From Amoebidium appalachense (lineage: Eukaryota > Protista > Ichthyosporea), in assembly GCA_963693365.1 (NCBI GenBank), contig CAVNZM010000005.1:5463167-5527166 (forward strand): a DNA stretch of 64,000 bases. The letters run 5' to 3'. Every line of letters starts with the position of its first letter. The first letter of the stretch is position 1. Below, piece after piece: positions 53,391-64,000 of the stretch. Made by a program: the position numbers and the translations under genes. The notes under the pieces were generated by a model. It saw nothing but the letters and a program-made list of their open reading frames with translations, did not search any database and was not told where the DNA came from.

Positions 53391-55255
53391 AAAAAAAAAA
53401 AAAAAAAAACACAAAAAAACAAAAACAACAACAACAACACATACAATATACATATATAATCAGTATATTTGAGGAGGGAACCCACCTTCCAGAACTCAAA
53501 CTCCGTGTCGCTGACAGCCAGGTTGAAGTCGAGGTCCCGCAGGAACACCCTCTCAAGATCCTTGAGCTGCCCTACAGTCAGCCCAGAGGCTATGGGGAGA
53601 CACGGTCAGAATATTGGCCCCTGCTGCAAATACTGCACATCTGAACACTAATTGTACTTTGTGTTAAATAAAGTTAAAATAAATAGCATCAATTAAAAAA
53701 TGTGTGCGTGTACACGAGGGAAACAAACGGCACATGAACACGAGGAGCGCAGGCCGAGCATCGGAAACACAGCAAACCATCACATGAAAAGAACACACAA
53801 GTCTCACAGGTTGTAGTTGCCACACGAGCCTATCTATAAACACCCACAAAACGAAACCACCCATGTTTCCCCACAGCACCCACTCACCCTGTGCCCACTC
53901 TTTCATCAGCTTGTTGAGGTCCTCGACGTACTTGTAAGCCGTCATCAGCGCCACCACAAACAGGCACGGCCCACACAGGTCGCTGTGCCGCCCCTGCCCA
54001 AAGAACCGGTGGATGTACAGAAGCGCAACAATCACCGTGCTGCGAAAAAAGGCACGTGTTAAAACCATGGAAAGGAACAAATCATATAACCTGCAACCTT
54101 TTTCCTGGAAAAAGTGCATGTAAAAGAAAGAGGATACATGAATTGCAGCTATCACCATGCTCATGGATAAGTGGAAGGAAGAGTCTCGAAGCAACAAATC
54201 CGGACATTTTTGTCGTTTTCCCAAGGAAAGAGCATCGACATGAGATGAAAAGAGAATCACCAAACCCAGGGATAGAAGAGGGGAAAAGATATAGGAAAGC
54301 CGAGAGAGGCAAGAAAATGAAAAAACCCCAAGGAAAACATAACCATCCAGAACCATCCAGACACCATATCACGACCACACACACACCCTTCCAAGAGTGC
54401 ACCGTTTTATCACCACACATCCTCCGTCCCTGATTTCTTGTTCTTTTTAGTGGTTCGTATTCTACCTTTTCTCCAAAGCATTTTAATCCATGAGACAACA
54501 ATACATATACATGAACACACGCGCCCCTATGTATAAATTACAACCTATACACGTGTGTGTAATGTGTATGTGTATGTATCCATCTGACGTATACACACAC
54601 CTGTGGGAGACCTGGACCTCTTGAAGCACATGGTGGACAAAACTGTTTAGCTGCAGCTTCAAAAAGTCCACCGACACACTGGGGTCGTGGTGGTGCGTCA
54701 GAACCACCGCCCACTCCACAAAACAGGTGATGGGGCCCAGCGCAGTGGCCTGGTGCCGCAGCATTTCGGCGGAAATGTCGCCGCCACACACCAGGCTGGG
54801 TCGTGCTCCCCTCACATCAATATTGCTGCAACCAAGAAGTTGTAGAAAAGGGGGGGGGGGAGGGGGGTTAAGTAGTTCAGCGCTGGACCTGGACCTAGCG
54901 GCGAAAAATAGCAGCAGGGTACGGATTGGAACGATCATGATCAGAAGGCAGCTGAAGAACTGCACCAGTTTCAAAGTTCAAGTTGCAAAGAGATGCAGTT
55001 CAAGTTGCAAAGAGATGCACCAAGCGTAGTACCAGAAAACAGCCTGTAGAGTATTTCTTGATGTTCTTCCTTTCACTTCATAAACCACTTCTTTTGTTGC
55101 CCTACTACAACATATATTATGTAACGGAGATGATACTAAGGCACACCACCGATGGCTCAGCAACAATAAACTCCATACCTGTGAGAGGAGCAACCCCCAC
55201 GATGATGGAACCCAAACGGCATTTCACCGCTGCCGTCCTTTGGCTGCATAACCAT
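52090..55255 (-). CDS. Pho80/Pcl/Clg1-type cyclin with long Pro/Tyr/Gln-rich C-terminal tail (5 exons)
   Basis: Exons 55255(or 55222)-55179, 54825-54601, 54039-53888, 53589-53486, 53148-52090, phase-consistent. Cyclin box FVHHVLQEVQVSHSTVIVALLYIHRF..LFVVALMTAYKYVED..WAQASGLTVGQLKDLERVFLRDLDFNLAVSDTEFEFW. Confidence 0.82.
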
Positions 55256-58200
55256 ATGGTGCCTTCCAGAACGCTGCCTTAATGTTCGAGCAAGAGGGAG
55301 TTGCCGAGTCAAATGGCCAGTTACTGCATAGTCGACACCCTTGTATGCTCCCTGTAGCCACAAAAAAAAATTCTCCCAGGCGTGTTTTTCCTGCAGTCAT
55401 ATTTGTCAACATCAATCATCGATGAAGAAAGTGGAGTGTGGTGGCTTCCACAGTTTACTTTTTTTGAGTGACAACGCCGTTTGAATTGCGTAACATACGG
55501 CCGAGGATGGCGTTGATGCCTGACAATATTGCTCCACACCTTAAGACACCGGCGATCCAAGTTAAGCCATCCAGCTTCCACAAAGCATAATCATTAGGTC
55601 AAAGCAGAAAAAGCAGCACCAAAAAATACCACTTACAACTGCCAAAGCGCCCTTACAAGTGTGTTTTACTAGCCACCCTTTCTCCTGATAATCTCGAAAC
55701 ATTGCAGCCGAAATAACTTATTCAAGAAATGAACCAAAACCAAGTTTTATAAGGTCAGATGAAACTTGATCAGAACATGGGAGCTGATTAGGCTAATTTC
55801 TCATGTATAACCGAGCCTGCGACACGTCCACTGTCCACGCACTATAGTTTTCTATGACAGCTCACAACTAACAAGGCATGAATGAAAACCCTAGTTAAAA
55901 AACAACTTTTCTGAAAAAAAAAATGACTATACAACGTGAGCAAGGTGGAAAAAGAATAAACATAAAACGGACTCAATAGTTCGTTGATTTGTGGTGCGCG
56001 CGCGCCTGTCTATAGTAGGAGTTTCATGTGCAACGGCAAAATGCGAACCACGTAAACTAATTTAAATTTACCACCCAGCACAACTACGAAGTTACACCAA
56101 GGAAGCAACACACAAAGGTATGTCCACTTCAGCGCGCTGCCTACACGGTCTCACCCCTTAGAAAAAGAGAGAGACAGGGAGAGAATAGGCTGGCTGGCTG
56201 GAAATTAACAGGTAAAAAGAACTCGCAAGCAGGTCGTTTTTCAAGGTCAGTAACACCTACGGAAATCTGGCCCACACCTCCGCCCCGGGGTGTCTCGGAG
56301 ATCATACCATTTGATTTGAACTTTGCTAATGGGAAACACAACAAATTAGAATATAGTTGGAGGAAAGGAAAAGCACTTACTTGGGGGTAAATAATAGCTG
56401 GAAAACTTCAGTCAGTTGCTGTGCCTGTCTCTAGGAGACGGCAGAAGTAGCCCTCACGAACCCCATTTGCGACGCCGCACAGAGGCCCTGGATTACCAGG
56501 AAATGCCGATGAAAATGCTAAATCATAAAACTTTCTTTCACCAGTTCACTGGTGTCAAAATATAGATAGGTTACTGCTTTCCTCCTTGCGTGCATGGCAT
56601 AGGAAAAATTAGACTTCATGGAACTAGTTTTTCGGGATACTTGGTAGAACACGGTGTACGAAACGAAGGCACAAAGCCATGTACGGTTCCAGGGCTCCAG
56701 GCCAGGCACCTGGCCGAATGATCATCGTTCCACGAGGGGGGGTAAATTTTGTACCGGACGGGATGGCAGGCCCAGGTAGGGGATGACTAAACCGCCGGTT
56801 TAATATTATTTATAAGTAAACAGAACGGAAATATTGCATATATAATGACAGTTAGCGTATATATTATTTCGAAACTAATGGATATAGGTAAAAATAAATG
56901 ATTTTCCCTTTAACTTAGGTCATCCAAGCGCATGCATGTACACATTTACACGGCCCCTTGCATGTCACCGAGCACACCTTGGATTGGCCAACTATCTGAC
57001 CGTTACTGAACTACCAATCGTTTGTCGTATTACGGTGCGTGCCAAACAGATGCAAGTTTTAGGCCTACAAAAGAAGTTTAAAAGTGTTTAGGTTTTAAAC
57101 AAAAGGTTTAAGTTTTGCATCACGCAAGTGATTGCCCAAAGCAGGGCACTGTTCGTGTAATCTACACAGACATGCATGCTTCTGATCAATAGCCAACCAA
57201 AGGCATACATTGCGTCATGGCATGGTCCCAGAAAAATCGATCATCCCTAAATAGGAATTAATACCTACGATTTAAGGTATAAAGCCAAATACATAGCCAA
57301 ATGCATGCTCGAATAGTTTAATTATAATTTATTTGTATTTAAATAAGTTAGAAAACAGCAAAAAGCACCGACTCCTACGTTTGTTGAATCCTGCTCGAGC
57401 CACTGGGAGCCCAGGGAGATTAGGAGGCCTAGGCTGGCAGCACATAATTCGAACAATGCTCGCATGCTGCACTACAAAACAACCAATTGTTTTGCGGCAC
57501 GTTTGTGCAAGTGTTGCCGGATATCATCCTCTGGTCATTTAGGCCTAAACCCAGCCAACTCACAAAAGCCATATTTCAGTACCCCAAAGGCCTTACATAT
57601 GCGTCTCGTTATACCTGTAAAAAAAAAAAAAATATATTTCCATTTTATAGTATAGAATTTTGGATGATAAATGAATGTCTTCAAGGGCTCTTACGCTGAT
57701 TTATGGAATTGTTCGAGTATTCTTCATTTTCGAAAATTCCCCACCAACTGATCTTGGGGATTTTGCCTGTGCCGTGCAGTGATCAGCAGCCGCTGCAGCC
57801 GCTAGCGCTCTGGACCGGAAGGCAAGATTCGCCAGGCAAATTTTTTTTTTTTTTTTTTGAGAAAGCGAAACTTTGAAAAAGTTTTCTTGCCACTCTCTAA
57901 TTTCTTCAAGAAGGCTTACATCAGGTACCCTTACTGTGATAGTGCCATCAAGTTCATTCGAGCCCCCATAGCTATGTGTATGAAAAAATATTAATAAAGC
58001 CAAGTGCTGTAATAAGCGTGCCCTGACGGCACCCACGTGGACTCTATCCCTTTAGACCAATATATATATTCAGAACGAGACCGTGGAAACGTGTCGAGAA
58101 CCTATGTTGTGTGATAATAATAGAGCTTGTACGTGTAATTGTAGGTGTTGTCGCTAAATTTAAGCTTGTGTAGAATATTCTCCGTTTGACACCGAGAGAT

Positions 58201-60247
58201 GAAGCACAGGCAAGTATGGGTAGCTGCCTTGCACTCTGTCTACATTTTGGGACACGGGCTGGGAGCAGTGTCCCTTGTGTGCATAAACGGCTTATTGCGT
58301 GATATTTTACTCGAAGCCGTGTATGCATGTGTCGCTGGGTAGTCTTGTATGCAGTTGTGAGCTATCGAAAGGCACAGATGTGGTATATATACACATCATG
58401 CTTGGCTATTTGACACACTTGCTCGAACCGGTTCTCTTGTTCTATACACTGCAAGTTCTCTATTAGTTACGACGTAAGCAAACATTACCTCTTTGCGACG
58501 AACGTTGTCGTTGTTCGAGAGCGCGCTGCGCAGTCGCCAACACTCAGGACGCGCCGCTGTGTCGCTGACCTCCACTCAGCCGTTATGTGGTGATACCAAA
58601 GTATGTGTTAGGCTAGAGGTGGCATTTTGCAGCCTGTGCAGTCTCTGTGGCTCGGTTGACTGTCAATTTCCGGCATACGCACCTTGTTTACCCGGTATTG
58701 GTGTGGTATGCACGCGGGAGCGGTACACCGTACGGGGTGTAAGTAGCACATTGCAATCACAGGCATTGAGTAGGGCCCAGCCGCTGACCGATCGGTCGTG
58801 CGGGGCCGGTTCAGCAAGTTCATGTATTAAGCCTTTCTACCAAGCGTACAGCGCATCTACCTGCTACCTTCCCAAATTGAAACGCCTTTCGGAGCATCGT
58901 CAAGTCATTCGCCTCTGTGGGACGGACTGTACACCTCCGGTTCGATCACTGTGTGACCGGGAGCGCTATGCCACATACTTGAGTCGGATGCGGGTATAAA
59001 ACCCGGCGCATCGCTCATTTCTGGCAGATCCTTGCATGCGCACAGACTGCACGGATCATATAAAGACACCTTTTACTCGTGTGTACTACATAGCCTCGTA
59101 TAGTGACCATCTTATACCTCATGGTCCCCAAGGTAGTAGCGCTGGCAGTTTGGCGCCATTTTTCGATTTTGCGCAAAATTTGCCTGGATCACGGCCATCG
59201 AGAAAGACCCTACAAATGGCCGTGGGCCTGGATCGATATCATCATGATCATGACACCCAAACAGCCATGGTATCACATTACAATTCCATAATTTTTTTCC
59301 CCCCCCCATAGAGTTGTACGTATAAATGTAGTACTAGGCTCGCAAAGATATACAATATTTAAGCGTTTAGCTTTTTAGGCGACGTATATTGCGTATGCTG
59401 GTTATTCCACAGAAGCAGTGGTAATCTTCAACCAAGTGAAATGAGCTCGAGATGGGCAGAATAGTTCTATAGGTTTCTAGGGGTGCCAGTAGATCTGAAT
59501 ATGAGATCATTCTGGAACGTTAGCTGTTTAGTTATTTATGTCTCGGCCGGCAGTTGCTACATTCCAGAAGGCTTGTTAATCCGTTACTAGGTAAGTGCCG
59601 GGAATAGATTATGCGACATGTCTGAGCCCATCCGGCATAGAGTGCAAGAGGTGAAAGAAAAGAAATGTTGCACAACACGCACCACGGTCATTGGGCACAG
59701 GCATGATGTCAATTTAAACAGAGCCAGAGGTTATTTCATGTAACACATAAGCACCCACACATTGCTTGGCGACGTGCTTGTTCATGCCGTCTCCCGGTGA
59801 CGCGGTGTTCTGATGGTACCGACCTGCAAGCCATGCACATACACACACACACAGAGAGAGAGACAGACAAATACGGCTGAAATTACCCAAAGAGTCATCA
59901 CTTAGGCAAAAAGTACACACTTGCTTACAACAAACTGGATGCACTCGTTCACTTCTGCCTGCCAGCTGTTAGTGTTGACAAGCCGCCAAGAGAGTCTGCT
60001 GTGTTCCAGCATAGTCTAGTAGGTACTAATAACTGGCATTTGGGTTGGTGTTCTTCTTGGACGGATTGACCCGTTCGGAACAATATTACTATCAATAGGG
60101 TGAAAAGGGCAACATGTACGCGTGCGCACACACAAACACACAGGCGCGCGCGCACAGACACACACACACACACAACACATACACAAGCGCGCACACACAG
60201 GCACACAATCACACACACACAACACAAACACAAGCGCGCACACGCAG

Positions 60248-60332
<85 letters not shown>

Positions 60333-60971
60333 CACGCGCCCGTGCACTCGCCTACGCACACGCACACGCACACAGCACGCATGCGCGCACGCACACACAC
60401 GCACTATCACACACACACACACACTATCACACACATGCGCGCGCGCACACACACGCGGCACGAGCCGTTCACAGCAGACGCAATAGTCCTTTGACGAATA
60501 AAACAAACAACTAGCCGACACTCCTGCAAGCCTGCGAATATGCACGCTACTTAGGCTATCAATTATGGCCTCTTTGTAATTTCTGTTCCTGTTTGTTTTC
60601 AATATTTCCCTTGCCGATAACAGCCTTTTTCTTTACAAATTTCTTTGGGTCGATTAAGGCCTTATGCTTTCCATGCCCTCCCCCCCCCCCCCCCTCCCCC
60701 CTCTCACCCCACCCCCCTCCCACACCTTTGCCGTCTCACGAGGCCATTTACTCTTGATTGGTCCCCCCTTCCCCCCCCCCTCCCCCCCCCTCCCCTCCCG
60801 GGCCCTTCTCACTCAGTAACACCCCATCCTTTTTTTTTTTTAATACATAACAACACACACACTCATGAACATAATTTACACACATACACACACATACACA
60901 TAGCAGTAGCAGGCATACAGGCACACAGACACGCCTGTCCGCACACCCATGCGCGCGTGCACACACGCGCG

Positions 60972-61016
<45 letters not shown>

Positions 61017-61042
61017 GCGCGCACACACACACGCACACGCAC

Positions 61043-61092
<50 letters not shown>

Positions 61093-61245
61093 GGGCACAC
61101 ACAGTGTGCGTTCGCGCAAACACACACACACACACATGAACACACACTCACCCACTTACCCACACCACACACACACACAGCATGCACGTGTGTGCACACA
61201 CACTCATGAATGAATGAATGCACGTGCGCCTACACCCCCCCCCCC

Positions 61246-61276
<31 letters not shown>

Positions 61277-61482
61277 AAACAAACACACACCTACTAAATC
61301 CACCCACACGGCCACTCATTCACACCCCACTTCCCTCAGAAAACACCCACAAAAAACAAACACCCACACATCCGCCGAGCGCATCATTAACACCACACCT
61401 TCACAGAGATCACCACACCTCTTGGACTAATTAAAAAGGTCCGGCCCGCTGAGGGGAGGAGCGTGAACCAATTTTTATCATC

Positions 61483-62173
61483 ATGGAACCATCTGGAATG
61501 CACATGCACGGGTCACCGTTTCCGCAACAACACTTTGATCCGCGCACGCGACCCAACCCCCATGGGTCCCGATCGGCATCCCAGGGGAGTTTGGGTGGAC
61601 AGGTGCCGAGGTTCGGTCCGGTTCCGTCGCATATTCAGGTGGGCGCTGTAGTAATATTATTCCTGTGGTGTGGTATTCGTGTGACTATGGTGTGGTATTC
61701 CTATACGGTATTCCTATGATGTGGTTGTTCTTATGATTCCTGTGATGTGATGTATTGTTATATGTTTTCGTCTGATGATATGGTAATCTTGCGATATGTC
61801 AAAACCGAGCCGGGATCTGGAAAGCTCAAGTTGTGGTAATTTCATGATGTGGTAAACCCATGTTATGGAAATCCCGTGATGGGGTTGGGTTATCTCATAA
61901 TGTGATTTGGGGGGGGGAATGTGCTGTTTATAACGACATGTAGGTGAGCTGTGATGAGTTGTCGGCACCAAGGCCAACAGTACTACCACCCAACAAGATA
62001 TACATGTAAAAATCAATGTTACTCTTACGTGGTTTATCTTCTGCCCTCACCCTTGCCCCTCCCATCTCCCGCCCTCCCTATTTCCCCCCCTTATCAACCT
62101 CTCACCACCCCCAGATTACCGTTCCATCTTTACTCCCCCTGCAATGCACATCCAATTCCCCAAAACCCCCCCC

Positions 62174-62209
<36 letters not shown>

Positions 62210-62719
62210 GGCCCGCTTCCCCTGCATGCTCTTTGTGTATGTGCTATGCTGAAAATGTGTTGTGTTGTCCATTGTGAATGTGCACCTCATACTCTGTAGC
62301 ACATTCTAACCCCCCCCCCCCCCCCCCCCCTCCCTCCCTTCCTCCCCCCCCCCCCCCCCCTCCCCCCCACCCCCGCCACCCCCCCCCACACACACATCCA
62401 CTCACCAAAACAGGAGGCAGGAGCAGGGGGTTCACAGCACCAGACTCAGGGCATGTACGGGCAGACGTTAACTTATGAGGAAGCGGTGATGCATGCGCCA
62501 GCCAAGCAGACGATGGAGGAGAGGATGCTTGTGTTTAGACGGCAGCAGGACTTACTGGCAGCCATGCACAGGAATAGGCAGGTGTGTGCTTGTGTTTTAG
62601 CTGTATCTTTATCTACCTATCTGCGTAGCTATCAATGTCTATCTACCTACCTCCCCCCCCCCCCCCCCCCCCCTCCCCTCTTTTTTTTTTTTTTTTTTTT
62701 TTTTTTGGGGGGGGGGGGG

Positions 62720-62750
<31 letters not shown>

Positions 62751-63894
62751 AGAAAGACGAGGGGGAAGGGGAGAGGGGGGAGGGTGGTTAGAGAAAAAAC
62801 TAAGGAGGGTTGTGGGGAGGGACACCCGTATTTTTGCACAATCCAGGACACACACACACACATACACACGTGTGCAGACCATTTGGCAAGGGCACCCGGA
62901 CACGTGTGTAGGCATACATGCGCACACGTGTACACATGGGCTCACATGCGCCAGCGCGTGCACACACACACATGCACACGCATGCACACTCATACATATG
63001 CACACAAATGGGGACACAAACCAACACGCAGACAGATACACAACATCCAACCACAAACACACACACAGGGACACACGCCATCACACACACACATGCACAA
63101 GCGAGGCTTCAATCACACACTGTGCATAATGATTCATGCGCTTACACGCAGCAGACACCAGGCTGCCCGTGCAGATGTGCACACAGCTTGCACAGACATG
63201 CACACATGCCTCTCGCACATTAAGTAAAACACACACATCGATGCACGTATTGGAAGGTGAACACACACATGGCTAAAACAGACAGAGATGTTCATACGGC
63301 TTGTCCCTCAACCCCTTTCTGAGGAAGGGCTCTGCTTAATATTCCTACCCTTTATGTGTCGTTTGCAATCAGCATCGTGTTGTCCGTTGTTTATGTGTAC
63401 CTCGTACTTCATAGCGCATTCAAACCCCCCCCCCCCCCCCCCCCCCCCCTTCCTTCCCCCCCCCCCCCCCCCCCCCTTTCTCCCTGCCCCCTCTCCCCCC
63501 AATCCCCCCTCCCCCCTACGTACAGATGCAAAGAGCGAGCATGGGCCTCCCAGCAGACATCAGCAACCGCCCATCCTCCAAGCACCTATCCCGCCCAACA
63601 CCCTCGCAAGGAGATAACCCACACCACTTATCCCAAACGAGTTCACTCTACCAACCAAACACTCCAAACGTCGGGGGAACGTCCTCTAGAGGGCAGAGGG
63701 GCCCCCGGGGCCCTTATATGTGTGGGTTTTGTCAGGTGCCTAAGGCGGGACACCAATGCCCGTTGGAATATGGGGGAGGGTCGGCGGCGAGAGGGGCGGG
63801 AGGTGGTGGGGAAAGGGAGAGGGAGAGGGAGAGTAGATCGAATATGGGGCCGGCGTTGGGGATTGGGAGGAGGAAGAGACAATCGGATAGCGAG
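61483..63894 (+). CDS. Uncharacterised low-complexity protein with CxxC-x6-H-x-C zinc knuckle; probably continues past the window
   Basis: Exons 61483-61638, 62414-62581, 63526-63894 (all phase 0, GT-AG); motif RGPYMCGFCQVPKAGHQCP; basic RRKR near the end. A read-through stop lies at 63912. Confidence 0.65.
62225..62310 (+). repeat. Dispersed intronic repeat, partial copy (opposite genomic strand to the RasGAP copies)
   Basis: GTGTTGTCCATTGTGAATGTGCACCTCATACTCTGTAGCACATTCTAAC-polyC. Confidence 0.75.
63318..63425 (+). repeat. Dispersed intronic repeat, full copy
   Basis: CTGAGGAAGGGCTCTGCTTAATATT..TTTGCAATCAGCATCGTGTTGTCCGTT..GTGTACCTCGTACTTCATAGCGCATTCAAA-polyC; reverse-complement homologue of copy A. 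Confidence 0.8.
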
Positions 63895-63968
63895 GTGGGT
63901 ACCCTTTTTTAATGCTTTCTTTCCTTCTTTTTTTTTTTTTGGAAGGGGGGGGGGGGGGGGGGGGGTAT

Positions 63969-64000
<32 letters not shown>

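Noticed and set aside
58493-58999. 168-aa ORF between the cyclin and knuckle genes
   Set aside because: Non-ATG start, no motifs, Ser/Cys/Arg-rich composition typical of non-coding DNA; may be UTR.

Overview
Eukaryotic, very intron-rich DNA saturated with poly-G/poly-C runs and (CA/TG)n, (GA)n and (GGGA)n microsatellites. Almost all ORFs in the supplied track are translations of these repeats. Reading exons by hand (GT/GC-AG sites plus phase continuity) gives four good gene models and one tentative one. (1) A ~31-exon minus-strand RasGAP (35297->~9125, ~880 aa) with an unusual C2-C2-C1-C1-RasGAP layout. (2) Head-to-head with it, a 6-exon plus-strand ~1540-aa Mutator/IS256-like DDE transposase (36156-44069) with a complete WRN/EXD2-type DEDDy 3'-5' exonuclease inserted inside its catalytic core; this is the most striking system here. 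(3) A 5-exon minus-strand Pho80/Pcl-type cyclin (55255->52090). (4) A plus-strand gene with a CxxC-x6-H-x-C knuckle from 61483 that probably runs off the window end. (5) A tentative 80-aa single-TM protein near 4.3-5.2 kb. Non-coding features include several MITEs (Tc1/pogo-, Kolobok- and hAT-like, foldback), minisatellites, and a ~110-nt intronic repeat whose 8 copies all lie in the same orientation relative to their host transcripts, mostly just upstream of 3' splice sites. All models are manual and unvalidated; no database searches were run. The organism cannot be named; an opisthokont is a guess from the gene families.
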